This document shows, one piece after another, positions 10,866-20,915 of a DNA stretch of 64,000 nt. This DNA is from an uncultured Armatimonadales bacterium (GTDB lineage Bacteria; Armatimonadota; Armatimonadia; Armatimonadales; Capsulimonadaceae). A program made the position numbers and the translations under genes. The stretch lies in contig CAXUNT010000012.1 of the NCBI GenBank assembly GCA_964252595.1, positions 4,537-68,536 on the forward strand, read 5' to 3'. Each line of letters opens with the position of its first letter. Position 1 is the first letter of the stretch. The notes beneath the pieces were generated by a model. It ran no database searches. It had not been told where the DNA came from and was given only the letters and a program-made list of their open reading frames with translations.

Positions 10866-12896
10866 CTAGCGCGGGCCAGGTGCTTCAGTGTTAGCTGCTT
10901 GCCGTCGGGCGAATCCTTCCGGCGTCTCAACGCTCCAGTAGAGGTTATAGCGCTGGTGGTTGAGCCGGTACAGCGGGATCAGCGTCACGTCACCGGGCTG
11001 GCCCAGGCCCTCAGTGTGGAAGGTCAGCGGCGCGGCGTCCGCCACGGGCTTGATGTGGTCTGTCAGCGTGCCTGCCGGGGCGACAAAGGCGGCGACATCA
11101 AGTGCCGGACTCTTCTCGAAGGGCGCTTGGTTGCTGCTGATGTCCATGCCAGGCGTCAGACCCTCGGTGCCGAGTGCGCCTGCCAGCAAAATCGGGCCGT
11201 AGAAGACAGCCTCCTTGTCCGGGGTATAGGGCAGAGGCTCGGTTCGCAGTCTCATCGGGAAGTGCGCTTCTACGACGTCGCCAGTGTGCCAGGTCCGGCT
11301 GATGGTGAGGTAGCCATCCGGTGTCTGCTCGGTTGGGACGGTCTTGCCATTTACTTTGACGGTCATTCCCGGTGCCCAGGTCGGGCGGCGCAGCTTCAGG
11401 ACCAGCGGTGTCGGCCTGGCGCAAGTCAAGGTGAGGCGAGTCGTGTCGCTTTCAGGCCAGCGCGTGTCCTGGCGCAGCGTCACGCCCTTTTCATGCCAGC
11501 GGAGCGTTGACGGGATAAAGAGATTGACATACAGTCCATGGGCATTTGCGCCCCGGAAGTAGATCGCCTCGCCGTAGCGGGCGTGGTTCTCCATGCCGGT
11601 GCCGGTGCAGCACCAGAAGGCATTGACGGGGTCGCCGTAGACCTTGAAGTGGCCGGGCTTCATGGGCGCGTGATAAGCCATCAGGCCCCGCTCTGTTTCT
11701 TGGGAAGCCAAGATGTTGTTCAGCACGGCGCGTTCGTAGTACTCCGCGTAGCTCGCCGACGGGTCCTGCGTAAACTGCGCCCTGGTCAGCTTGAGCATGT
11801 TGTACGTGCAGCAGGTCTCGGTCGCGGTGTCCGAGTGGATGTGACTGCCAAACTCGGCAGGCGGAAAAAAGTGCTCGTAGTCGCCGTTGCCGCCGTTGGC
11901 GTAAGTACGATTGGTCACGACTGTCTGCCAGAAGAAATGGGGCGCGGCGTGATAAGGCGCGTCCCCGGTCAGCGTGTACAGCCGCTCGTAGCCGATCATC
12001 TTGGGGATGTTGGTGTTGGAGTGCAGGCCGTCAAGCTTGTCCTGCCCGGCGGCAAGCGGATCAAAAACGGCGTGGTGGGTGAAGCGGCGGGCCAGCGCCA
12101 GGTATTTGGGGTCGCCGGTCATGGCATAGGCGTCGGAGACTGTCTCTGCCATGCCGCCGTGCTCGCTGTCCAGCATATGCTGGAACTGAGCGTCGGTGAG
12201 ATTCTGCGTGGTGGCAATCGCCCAGTCGGTCAGCCGCAGGAAGACTACGCGGGCCGTGGAGTCACCGCAGTTACAGTATGTGTCCCGCAGGCCCGCAAAC
12301 AGCTTGTGCATATTGTACCAGGGAACCCAGCCTGTGATGGTGCCGTCCGCAGCGATCTTGCCGAAGACGGTCCGGGCATCGGGGATCGCGGTCACGAGGC
12401 CGTCGGGCACTGCCGCCTGACAGCGTGCCAGCTCGCGGACGATGTACTCGGCACGCTGGCGAAAGTGAGCATCGCCGGTGGCGCGGTACATCAGGGCGCA
12501 GGCGGACAGGTAGTGCCCGGCGCTGTGTCCGGCGAGGCCAGACTGCTCCCATCCCCCATAAGGGGGTGCCTGAGACGGCAGACCGGCAAAGACATAAAAG
12601 AAATGCAGCAGGCGGTCCGGCTCTAAAGAAAGCAGGTACGCGCCGTCGCGTTTCTGGGCGTCTTGGAACGGGCCAGGAAGCAGGCGCACGTCGCCGAGGT
12701 CAAAAGCAACAGCTTTAGGCGGCACGACCGGCGCGACAGCGTCCGCCGGGAGCGGCGGCAGAAGAGGCTGAGCAGAATGCGGCACGGCCGCCTGAGCGTG
12801 GGGCAGCGCGAGAGCAGCAGCACCCGCGGCAGCCGCTTTGATGAGCTGGCGTCGCGAGACCGGGCGTGACGGTGAATTGTCTTCGTTATTTCTCAT
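10866..12896 (-). CDS. Glycoside hydrolase family 127 (DUF1680, beta-L-arabinofuranosidase type), Tat-exported
   Basis: GHSAGHYLSA, WCCTGTGMENH cysteine block, and twin-arginine leader SRRQLIKAAAAGAAALALPHAQA. The ATG at 12896 has GAGGAAA about 8 nt upstream. Confidence 0.85.
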   Translation of the reverse strand: MRNNEDNSPSRPVSRRQLIKAAAAGAAALALPHAQAAVPHSAQPLLPPLPADAVAPVVPPKAVAFDLGDVRLLPGPFQDAQKRDGAYLLSLEPDRLLHFFYVFAGLPSQAPPYGGWEQSGLAGHSAGHYLSACALMYRATGDAHFRQRAEYIVRELARCQAAVPDGLVTAIPDARTVFGKIAADGTITGWVPWYNMHKLFAGLRDTYCNCGDSTARVVFLRLTDWAIATTQNLTDAQFQHMLDSEHGGMAETVSDAYAMTGDPKYLALARRFTHHAVFDPLAAGQDKLDGLHSNTNIPKMIGYERLYTLTGDAPYHAAPHFFWQTVVTNRTYANGGNGDYEHFFPPAEFGSHIHSDTATETCCTYNMLKLTRAQFTQDPSASYAEYYERAVLNNILASQETERGLMAYHAPMKPGHFKVYGDPVNAFWCCTGTGMENHARYGEAIYFRGANAHGLYVNLFIPSTLRWHEKGVTLRQDTRWPESDTTRLTLTCARPTPLVLKLRRPTWAPGMTVKVNGKTVPTEQTPDGYLTISRTWHTGDVVEAHFPMRLRTEPLPYTPDKEAVFYGPILLAGALGTEGLTPGMDISSNQAPFEKSPALDVAAFVAPAGTLTDHIKPVADAAPLTFHTEGLGQPGDVTLIPLYRLNHQRYNLYWSVETPEGFARRQAANTEAPGPR

Positions 12897-12932
12897 AGTA
12901 TATTTCCTCACGCCGGAACGAGTTTCCGGCAC

Positions 12933-15311
12933 TTATGCCACTTTCAAGTCACGGCTGACCGTGTATGTATGGCCCGCAGTGGTTGAAAAGGCGTGCGTCC
13001 GCTCCCCAAGACGCAAAGTGCAGGGACCGCCCAAGCGTGAATGGATGCGGGCCTGACTCATCTGGCCTGCCGCCCAGCGCAGGTCTACCTCAAACCCGCC
13101 CCGCGCCAGCAGTCCGCGCACCTGACCGGCGGGCCATGCGGACGGCAAAGCGGGCAGAAAATGCATCTCGCCGTTCTGCGATTGCAGCAGCATCTCCGTG
13201 ATCCCAGCCGTCCCGCCGAAGTTGCCGTCAATTTGGAACGGCGGGTGCAGGCCGAACATATTAGGGGCGGTGTGGCTGGGGGTCAGCAGGTCCGCAATCA
13301 GCGCGTGGGCGTGGTTTCCATCTTCCAAACGTGCCCATAGATTGATGCGCCAGGCTTCCGCCCAGCCGGTGCTTTCGTCGCCCCGCGTTTCCAGCGACTT
13401 GCGGGCGGCGGCGAACAGGTCCGGTGTGCCGCGCCGGGTGATCTGAGCATTTGGATACAGGCCACACAGGTGCGAGACATGGCGGTGGTGCTGCTCCGGG
13501 GCCTGCGCGTCCCAGTCTTCCAGCCACTCCTGAAGCTGGCCCTCGGAACCGATCTGCATTGGGGCGAGACGCGCCCGCGCGGCCCGCACCTTGCCCCGGA
13601 ACTCGGCATCGATGCCCAGCACCTGAGACGCCTGAGCGCAAGCATCAAACAGGTCCCGCAGGATCTGCATGTCCATGGTCGGACCGGCGCAGATGCTCAC
13701 CCCAGGATGGTGAGAGTTTTCGGGAGAAACCGAGGGACAGGTCACGAGCCAGTGGTGCGCTGGCTCTTCCACCAGCGTGTCCAGAAAGAACTGTGCCGCG
13801 CCGCGCATCCGCGGGTAATGCACGGCCAATGCTTTTTTGTCTTTGGTGAACTCGTAGTGATCCCAAAAGCTCCGGCACAGCCAGGCACCACCCGTCGGCC
13901 ACATGCCGCTGCCGCTGTAGTCCACTGGGGCGGTCCCGCGCCAGCCGTCCGTGTTGTGGTGGCAAACCCAGCCGCCTGCCCTGTACTGCACCTCAGCCGT
14001 CTGAGCGCCTGCTTGAGCTAAATCCCCAATCATGGCGAACAGCGGCTCGTAGCATTCCAGCAGGTTACTTGGGGCGGCGGGCCAGTAATTCATTTCGGTG
14101 TTGATGTTGACGGTGAACTTGGACCCCCAGGGCGGATAAAGTGCGTCGTTCCAGAGGCCCTGCAAGTTGGCCGGCTGGCCCCCCGGACGCGACGAAGAAA
14201 GAAGCAGGTAGCGCCCGAATTGGCAGTAAAGCGCCACCAAGGACGGGTCATGGTCCGTCGCGAATGTGCGGATTCGCTCGTCTGTCGGACGGTCTGGACC
14301 GGCGGGCTGTCCCAAATCCAGCGAGAAGCGGCGGAAGCGGAGCTGATAGTCCGCCAGATGCGCGTGTCGCAGGGCGGCATACGACTTGCGCGAAGCTTGT
14401 TCCAAAAAGATCTGCGCCTGCCGAGCCGGGTCGCTGCTGACATCCTGATAATTACGGTAGCTGGTGGCGATCGAAATCAGGATCGTCACTGCGTCCGCGC
14501 CGGTGACAGCCAAGCCGGCATCGGTGGCCTGCACTTGTCCTCCTTCAGCCTGCACTTGTCCTCCTTCAGCCTGCACGCGCGTCCGGGCCTGGAACTTCAC
14601 CGCGCCAGGTGTGGGTCCCGAAGCGCCGCTCGTTCCTTCCATCACCAGTGTATCCGCGCCGTCCTGCTTGACGGCAGAATGCTGCGGGCTGATGAACGCG
14701 GTCACGAACGAGATTTTCCCAGGCTGATCTGCCATGAGCCGGATCACGATCACCTGATCCGGGGCGCTGGCAAATGCTTCCCGTGTGTAGCGGACTCCGC
14801 CGGCGGAATAGGAAGTCGTGACAAGAGCTGTGTCCATGTCCAGTTGGCGGCGGTACTCGGTGGCCGGCAAGTTCTGGCCGAAATCCAGCGTGAGCGCACC
14901 GACTGTTTGGTAGGCCGACTGGCCGGCGGGGCGGCCCATAAAGTGGGCGTTCACCAGGCTTTCGGCTTCTTTCCATTGACCAGCGAAGACCAGGCGGCGT
15001 ATCTCAGGCAGCGCGGCAAGAGCTTCGGGATTGCTGTAATCGTGCGGCCCGCCGGCCCAGAGGGTGGACTCGTTGAGCTGCACGGTCTCCTGTTGCGTCC
15101 CGCCGAAGACCATCGCGCCGAGCCGGCCATTGCCGATAGGCTGAGCTTCCAGCCACTGCGCCGCCGGGCGAGCGTACCAAAGAAGCGGCGGAGAGGCGCC
15201 GGCCGGCAAGGCAGACGGCGACTCCTGCGTCCCTTGCGCTTCAGCGCCTGCCAGAAGGCTGGCCGCGAGCACAGCGCCCAATCCTGCCTTCAAGAAGCGG
15301 CGTCTTTCCAT
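12933..15311 (-). CDS. Glycoside hydrolase family 95 (alpha-L-fucosidase / alpha-L-galactosidase type), Tat-exported
   Basis: GH95 N-terminal block LLWYARPAAQWLEAQPIGNGRLGAMVFGGTQQETVQLNESTLWAGGP. MERRRFLKAGLGAV twin-arginine leader from the ATG at 15311. The track start at 15332 is a TTG. Confidence 0.85.
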   Translation of the reverse strand: MERRRFLKAGLGAVLAASLLAGAEAQGTQESPSALPAGASPPLLWYARPAAQWLEAQPIGNGRLGAMVFGGTQQETVQLNESTLWAGGPHDYSNPEALAALPEIRRLVFAGQWKEAESLVNAHFMGRPAGQSAYQTVGALTLDFGQNLPATEYRRQLDMDTALVTTSYSAGGVRYTREAFASAPDQVIVIRLMADQPGKISFVTAFISPQHSAVKQDGADTLVMEGTSGASGPTPGAVKFQARTRVQAEGGQVQAEGGQVQATDAGLAVTGADAVTILISIATSYRNYQDVSSDPARQAQIFLEQASRKSYAALRHAHLADYQLRFRRFSLDLGQPAGPDRPTDERIRTFATDHDPSLVALYCQFGRYLLLSSSRPGGQPANLQGLWNDALYPPWGSKFTVNINTEMNYWPAAPSNLLECYEPLFAMIGDLAQAGAQTAEVQYRAGGWVCHHNTDGWRGTAPVDYSGSGMWPTGGAWLCRSFWDHYEFTKDKKALAVHYPRMRGAAQFFLDTLVEEPAHHWLVTCPSVSPENSHHPGVSICAGPTMDMQILRDLFDACAQASQVLGIDAEFRGKVRAARARLAPMQIGSEGQLQEWLEDWDAQAPEQHHRHVSHLCGLYPNAQITRRGTPDLFAAARKSLETRGDESTGWAEAWRINLWARLEDGNHAHALIADLLTPSHTAPNMFGLHPPFQIDGNFGGTAGITEMLLQSQNGEMHFLPALPSAWPAGQVRGLLARGGFEVDLRWAAGQMSQARIHSRLGGPCTLRLGERTHAFSTTAGHTYTVSRDLKVA
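14528..14576 (-). repeat. In-frame tandem repeat, 2.3 x 21 bp (CCTGCACTTGTCCTCCTTCAG), inside the GH95 gene
   Basis: Identical units at 14528-14548 and 14549-14569, plus 7 nt of a third. Encodes VQAEGGQ VQAEGGQ VQA. Confidence 0.95.
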
Positions 15312-15342
15312 CGGTTCTTCCGGGAACGGCAACTGTTTCTTC

Positions 15343-16923
15343 CTATCTTGCTTTGGTCAGTGTCACAAAGTACACGTCGTTGTCCCGCAGCGGCAGGCGC
15401 ATCTGGAACGGAGCGCCAGGGGCAACGACAACGGTGCGCGTCTCGAACGGTACGCCGCTGTTTTTTTGCTTGATCAGGGCGACCTGCGGGCGGGAAAGCT
15501 GGCTGGGCGAGCCGAGGTCCCTATACGTGGCATATGGGTCGTTGGCGCGGTATCCGACACGGGTGCAGCGGACAGTGTAGCGCCCGGCAGGCAGGTGGGC
15601 GATGTGCAGGGCGACCTCGCCCTTGGCCTGGGCGGGATGGTCTTCTTTGTAGAACACCTGGTCGTTGACTGTGCCCGGCTGGGTGATGGTGAAGTCCCAA
15701 AGCAGCGCCTGAACACCGCCGTGCGCGTCGCGCGTCACAAAAGACGCCGCATCGCGGTTCGCCAGCTCTGCGGGGCCGAGTTCGTTCAGGAACCGGTAAG
15801 CATAAAACGCAGGCTTTAAGATGTCCTCGTAGTTGATCAATCCAAAGCCGCCGTGGAACGGGGTGGAACGCGGACCGGCTTCTTCGAAGATGTCGGTGAA
15901 GGTCCAGTAGGACATGCCGTCCACAGATGCCTCAGAGTTCTTGACCTTGTCCAGAACGTAGGACGCCTCAACATAGTTGTCATGGATCGGGTCCGCTGGC
16001 GTGTAGGAGGCGCTCCACTCAGTGTAAAACAGCGGCAGGCGCGGCAGGCGCGAAGCAGTGATCTCAGCGCGGGTGCGGCGCATGTCGCCTGAGACAGCAT
16101 TGGGGTCGCGGCTGACAACCGTGCCGCGATTGCCGGACTCGTCCAGAAAGCCCTGACCGACGCCGTAGGTGTGGGTGCTGATGAAGTCCACCGGCGCGTG
16201 ATGGTCGGCGCAGTAGTTGATGAAGTCGGTGATCCAGGCGGTGCCGGCGGTAGCAGGGCCGCCGACACGGTACTGGGGCGAGACAGACTTGACGGCGGCA
16301 GCGGAGGCCGCATACAGCTTGAAATAATCCGACTGATCCCCTGTCCAAAAGGCTCCCTTCAGGTTCGGCTCATTCCAGACCTCGAAGTACCAGTTCTTAA
16401 CCTCGGCCTGACCGTAACGCTCGGTCCAGTGCCGCACAGCCGCCCCGACTAGGTCCTGCCACTTGTTGTAGTCTTTCGGAGGCGTGACATTGCCGTGCCA
16501 CCAGAAGATAGTCTGCGGCCCGCTGGCGAGGGCACCCGGCATGAACCCCAGTTCGACAAAAGGGCGAACATGGATACTGAGCAAAAAGTCATAAAGCTTA
16601 TCCACATACTGCCAGTTGTAGACAGGGTGACCCGCTTTGTCTTCACTGTAGACGCCCATGTCGTCGGTGAAGAGACCGTGCATACGAATATACTGAAAGC
16701 CGCACGCCTGCTGGGTGTAGGTAAGCTGTTTTTGCCAGTCCGCCCGCAGCCCTTCATTGGCTCGCCCTGCCCCCACGCACTGCCGGAACACCTGACTGGT
16801 CGGCCCTTTGACCCGGCCATAGTCCACAGCAACGGTGCGGGCGTCTGCCCCCCGCAGGAGCGGGATGAAGAGGCAAAGAGACGCGGCCACGATGGCCGCC
16901 AATACTTTGGAGCGGAATATCAT
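15343..16923 (-). CDS. Glycoside hydrolase family 39 (beta-xylosidase type), with signal peptide
   Basis: NWYFEVWNEPNL (GH39 acid/base block) and LFYTEWS. N-terminus MIFRSKVLAAIVAASLCLFIPLLRGADA. The start overlaps the upstream stop (ATGA at 16920-16923). Confidence 0.88.
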   Translation of the reverse strand: MIFRSKVLAAIVAASLCLFIPLLRGADARTVAVDYGRVKGPTSQVFRQCVGAGRANEGLRADWQKQLTYTQQACGFQYIRMHGLFTDDMGVYSEDKAGHPVYNWQYVDKLYDFLLSIHVRPFVELGFMPGALASGPQTIFWWHGNVTPPKDYNKWQDLVGAAVRHWTERYGQAEVKNWYFEVWNEPNLKGAFWTGDQSDYFKLYAASAAAVKSVSPQYRVGGPATAGTAWITDFINYCADHHAPVDFISTHTYGVGQGFLDESGNRGTVVSRDPNAVSGDMRRTRAEITASRLPRLPLFYTEWSASYTPADPIHDNYVEASYVLDKVKNSEASVDGMSYWTFTDIFEEAGPRSTPFHGGFGLINYEDILKPAFYAYRFLNELGPAELANRDAASFVTRDAHGGVQALLWDFTITQPGTVNDQVFYKEDHPAQAKGEVALHIAHLPAGRYTVRCTRVGYRANDPYATYRDLGSPSQLSRPQVALIKQKNSGVPFETRTVVVAPGAPFQMRLPLRDNDVYFVTLTKAR

Positions 16924-18497
16924 AAAGGGTTTTCCTGTTCGTGAAAATAGTCTACATCGAGCCAGCCGCCGCTTCCGGCAGGGTTGTAGTCGAATATCCC
17001 GAAGCGCTCTCCCTGGAACGTCGCCAGCGTGAAGTGCATGGGAAAGTCGCCGCCGAGCGGCACAAAGCGGCGGCCATCTGTGCTGTAGGAAAACTGCGCC
17101 GTGTTGGAGTCAAAGTTGCAGGAAGCTTGAAGCCAGAGCGTGGTGGCGGCTACGGCGGGGATCGTGTCGGTGATATCCTCAGACGGAGATTTGAGATCAC
17201 CGTTCTTGTTCACGGCTCGCACGATCCGCTGGCCGCCACTGTCTTTGTACACAGCCAGGTAGCCGAAGTTCTGTTCCAGCAGGCATAGCCCCGCCCGGTC
17301 GCCCGGCTGCAAGTGGCGGGTGTCAATTTTGACAACGCCGGTGCAGAAGGGGGCTTCCGTGCGCTGAGTCAGCGTGTTACGCGCGTTCGTCAGGTTTGGA
17401 GCGGTTTGCGTCTGGAGGCGCAGAAAGCCGGGGCGGGCTGACAGTGACCACTTTGCGTCATCCGGGTTGTGGTTCCATTCCCATTGCAGGGCCAGCTTCG
17501 GTCCTGAAAAGTCATCAAAGGATGGAATAGAAGTGAGGGCAGATGGCCGGATCTTCGGCTTCAAGCTTGTCAGCGGAAAGGCAGGCGCGGCGGGATCGCC
17601 GAAGAAAGGCCAGCCATCTTTCCAGGTGACTGGGCCAAGCCACATTGCACGTCCGACCGGGCCGGTATCGGCAAGCGAGAAGCCCCACCAGTCGCCATTA
17701 GGGATCTGGACAATGCCGCCCTGATGCGGGGCATGCCAGGGCATCTTGTTGGCGCAGACGGTAGTGCTGGTGAACGGGCCGCTGCGGCTTTGCGACCGGG
17801 AACACGCAATCGTGGCGTTCATGGCATAAACGGCATTGAAGACATAGTAAGTGCCATTGATTTTGTAGGCATGAGAGCCTTCGCCCCCGTGATTTGGCAG
17901 GTCGTAAGCAGGAGTGTTGGAGATCACGCGGCGCAGGTCAGGATCGAGGACGGCGACGGAGATGTGTCCCCCGGTGCCGTTGTAGACAAGCGGTGTGCCG
18001 TCATCATCGAACATCAAGCCGGGGTCAAAGAGGCCAGCATTGAGTCGGTTCATCTTCCATGGCCCGGCTGGGCTGCGAGCACGCAGTACAACTGCACCCA
18101 CATTCTGAATGTTGTCAACAAGATAAAATGTCCCGTCATGGTAGCGCAGGGAAGGTGCCCAAACGCCCTGGGCGTACTCGCTGCCGCCGATCAAGTTGTA
18201 GCGGGCGTCGAAGTTCAGTGTCGGCAAGGCGTAACCGGCAATTTCCCAATGGATGAGGTCCTTTGAGTGCAGGATCTCTAAGCCAGGGGCGCTCACAAAG
18301 GTCGTCGTCGCAAGGTAAAAGTCGTTGCCGACGCGGATGATGTCAGGATCAGGATAGTCGCCGTTCAGAACAGGATTGGTGAACGTGCCGTTGTGATTGT
18401 CACTTGTCCAGGCAAGCAGCCGGTGCGGGATCGCCGCAGCGAGCAAGGCTGCGGCGGCGATGAGGATGCGAGGCAGCGTGCGTAACGTCAGGAGCAT
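16920..18497 (-). CDS. Glycoside hydrolase family 43 (beta-xylosidase/alpha-L-arabinofuranosidase) with a C-terminal concanavalin-like domain, secreted
   Basis: NPVLNGDYPDPDIIRVGNDFYL, VWAPSLRYHDGTFYL, and a C-terminal beta-sandwich region. Signal-like N-terminus. Confidence 0.88.
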   Translation of the reverse strand: MLLTLRTLPRILIAAAALLAAAIPHRLLAWTSDNHNGTFTNPVLNGDYPDPDIIRVGNDFYLATTTFVSAPGLEILHSKDLIHWEIAGYALPTLNFDARYNLIGGSEYAQGVWAPSLRYHDGTFYLVDNIQNVGAVVLRARSPAGPWKMNRLNAGLFDPGLMFDDDGTPLVYNGTGGHISVAVLDPDLRRVISNTPAYDLPNHGGEGSHAYKINGTYYVFNAVYAMNATIACSRSQSRSGPFTSTTVCANKMPWHAPHQGGIVQIPNGDWWGFSLADTGPVGRAMWLGPVTWKDGWPFFGDPAAPAFPLTSLKPKIRPSALTSIPSFDDFSGPKLALQWEWNHNPDDAKWSLSARPGFLRLQTQTAPNLTNARNTLTQRTEAPFCTGVVKIDTRHLQPGDRAGLCLLEQNFGYLAVYKDSGGQRIVRAVNKNGDLKSPSEDITDTIPAVAATTLWLQASCNFDSNTAQFSYSTDGRRFVPLGGDFPMHFTLATFQGERFGIFDYNPAGSGGWLDVDYFHEQENPL

Positions 18498-18498
18498 G

Positions 18499-20484
18499 TT
18501 ATTTGACCTGCATCTGGAGAACCGTTACCGAATAAGGTGCAGCCGTGTAGGTGAAGTCACGGCTGATTCCCGAAACGGGGGCAGTCATAGGGACAATCTT
18601 TGTCGGAGCGGTGATCGTGTTGACATCCGAAAGGCTGGCACTGCGCAGGGTGTATGCCGTTCCTGTGGCGGCAACTGATCCTGTCCCCGTCAGCGTGATA
18701 TGGATAGGTCGCGCCGCGTCCCCGGCGTTGACGATCTTGGCATAAACCTGTCCTGTCTTCGTGTCGCGCGTCACGCTCTCAAAGAGCTGATCGCCTGTCA
18801 GCGTCGCGGGAACAACGACATCGCCGCGGTGCTGGCCGAACAGTGTTTGGACATAGTAGGACGGTGAGCCGTAGCTGGTCAAAGCATCAAAGCCGATCAG
18901 ATCAACATTCCACTGCCGCGCGGCGAGGTTGACATTGACCAGCAGCGGCGCGTAAGACTCCATAATGACCACATCCGAGTTGCGCTCCATGCCGGTCAGC
19001 CAGGCCGCGTCGCCCAGCGCCGATCGCAGCGCCGGTGTCGGCATCGCATCATGGGGCATCTGCCACGGGGCGACAGTGTCAAACGACGCCCACTCGCCGA
19101 CGAAGACCTTCGGCCCGGTGCGGCTGTAAGAGTCGAAGCGATGCGCCTGCCGCTCCATTTCGTCCGCCGATTGGTAGTAATGCTCATCAATCACGTCCGG
19201 TGTCCGCAGTGTCATCTTCTGCTGCTGGCCCATTCCGTCCTGCCCGCCGGAAGTGGCGATTAGCTTCAGCGTGGGGTACTTGGCCTTGATGGCATCATAA
19301 AACTGAGCAAATCGGCCGTCGTAGCTGCGGGACTTGTCAAAAAAGTCCTCGTTGCCGATCTCCACATAAGTCAGCGGGAACGGCTTCGGGTGACCGTCTT
19401 TGGCACGCTCGGCCCCCCATTTCGTGTTCACATCGCCTGTGATATATTCAATCTCGTCCAGTGCATCCTGCACATACGGCTGCAACGCCGGGCCGGCATT
19501 AATATGTTCGCCGCGCAGCGAATATCCGGCATAGACCGCCAGCAGCGGCTCCATCTTGAGGTCTTCGCACCACTGCAAGAATTCCAGCAGGCCCATGTCG
19601 TCTGTCGACCGGTATCCCCACGGGCTTGGGTGGCCAGGCCGCTGGGGCATAGGGCCGATGGTCTTCTTCCAATCAAAGCGCTCTGCGACCGTGTTTCCCT
19701 CTACATAGTTGCCGCCGGGCAGCCGCAGAAACGCCGGCTTCATGTCGGCCATTTTTTCCATCAGGTCGGGCCGGAAGCCGCCGGGCCGGTTCTTGTACGT
19801 CGGTGGAGTCAGCGACACCAGGTTCAGCCAGACCGTGCCGGGCTGGTCGGATGCAATTACGAAGCGTCCCAGCGCCGGCTTCGCTGGACTGTCCGGCCTT
19901 GTCTGGAGAGTGACGACGTACTGCTTCCAGTCAGCCGTGAGTTTGGGATTTCTGGCCTGTGCATAGGTGTGGGACCCGTCCGCGCTTTCCAGGGAAACCG
20001 TAAGCGCCCCTGTGAAGCCTGGCGTGGTCCGGGCATAGAAGGAGACTTTGTAAGTTGTTTTAGGCTTTACGGGCAGGCCCCAGTAGCCTTCATTAGCAAC
20101 CCCCACACGGCCGCCCCCGTGGCTGATGTCAAGACGCAGACTGGCAGGCTGGGCCGCGCTGAGGGGCTGGCTGCGATCCAGGGAGAGACTGCCCGTGGCA
20201 CTGCCCGTCTGCACCAGGGACCAGTGCGCCGGGTCAGTCGGACTGTCCTGGAAGTTGCGGTTCCGGATCAGCTCGGCATTGAGACCACCATCATACGAGT
20301 GGTTGATCTCCTCGGTCATCAGCCCGTAGAAGTTTGCTGGGACTGCCGGGCCGGGCTTGCTGAGATCAATCGCGAGCGCAGCCGGGGCGGCAACCTGAGA
20401 CTGGGACGGCACGGCGGCTAGGCAGGTGAGCAAGGCCGTTAAAGCAGCGAGCGGCGGGGCAATTATGTTCTTTGTCTTGTTCAT
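18499..20484 (-). CDS. Alpha-L-arabinofuranosidase, glycoside hydrolase family 51, with an N-terminal CBM4/9-like region, secreted
   Basis: ELIRNRNFQ, LRLPGGNYVEGN, YVEIGNEDF. The ATG at 20484 gives MNKTKNIIAPPLAALTALLTCLAA. The track start at 20502 is a TTG. One nt separates its stop from the GH43 start. Confidence 0.88.
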   Translation of the reverse strand: MNKTKNIIAPPLAALTALLTCLAAVPSQSQVAAPAALAIDLSKPGPAVPANFYGLMTEEINHSYDGGLNAELIRNRNFQDSPTDPAHWSLVQTGSATGSLSLDRSQPLSAAQPASLRLDISHGGGRVGVANEGYWGLPVKPKTTYKVSFYARTTPGFTGALTVSLESADGSHTYAQARNPKLTADWKQYVVTLQTRPDSPAKPALGRFVIASDQPGTVWLNLVSLTPPTYKNRPGGFRPDLMEKMADMKPAFLRLPGGNYVEGNTVAERFDWKKTIGPMPQRPGHPSPWGYRSTDDMGLLEFLQWCEDLKMEPLLAVYAGYSLRGEHINAGPALQPYVQDALDEIEYITGDVNTKWGAERAKDGHPKPFPLTYVEIGNEDFFDKSRSYDGRFAQFYDAIKAKYPTLKLIATSGGQDGMGQQQKMTLRTPDVIDEHYYQSADEMERQAHRFDSYSRTGPKVFVGEWASFDTVAPWQMPHDAMPTPALRSALGDAAWLTGMERNSDVVIMESYAPLLVNVNLAARQWNVDLIGFDALTSYGSPSYYVQTLFGQHRGDVVVPATLTGDQLFESVTRDTKTGQVYAKIVNAGDAARPIHITLTGTGSVAATGTAYTLRSASLSDVNTITAPTKIVPMTAPVSGISRDFTYTAAPYSVTVLQMQVK

Positions 20485-20554
20485 AAAATAGGTCAAATTC
20501 AAGTGGGCTTGAGTGGCAGGGGGAGAAGATAAATACGAATAGGGAATGCGGCGG

Positions 20555-20782
20555 TTACTTTCCGCCAGATGCGTGAATCTGTTCTAACGCCCGTGCTTTC
20601 TGGTCGGCCGGCAGATTGCTGTGGTTGATTTGGTATTCCTGCATCTGGATACCATTTTCCTTCACTGAAGCCGGCGGGGGCGGCACGCCTGCTGTCGAGA
20701 CCGGTTCCGCATTGTGACAGCCCGCGATCAAAGCGGCTGGAAACACAAGGGCAAGAAGCAAGCATATTTTCTGAGTTTTCAT
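20555..20782 (-). CDS. Small lipoprotein of unknown function (75 aa)
   Basis: The ATG at 20782 gives MKTQKICLLLALVFPAALIAGC with a lipobox LIAG|C. It sits between the pseudopilin-like gene and the first GH gene. Confidence 0.55.
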   Translation of the reverse strand: MKTQKICLLLALVFPAALIAGCHNAEPVSTAGVPPPPASVKENGIQMQEYQINHSNLPADQKARALEQIHASGGK

Positions 20783-20850
20783 AAGCTGATCCACACTGAA
20801 AAATCTTGAGGGGACTAAGTTCAGGCTGATAATCAACCGAAGTAATTGTA

Positions 20851-20885
20851 CGCCGCCCGGATGTCTCAGAGACACCCGGACGGCG
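20851..20885 (-). other. Long RNA hairpin (17 bp including two G-U pairs) just downstream of the pseudopilin-like gene
   Basis: Minus strand reads CGCCGUCCGGGUGUCUC-UGA-GAGACAUCCGGGCGGCG. There is no T-run after it, so it may be a processing or stability element rather than a classical terminator. Confidence 0.45.
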
Positions 20886-20915
20886 CTGGTTCACTTCCCC
20901 CTGCTGGGAGCGGGT

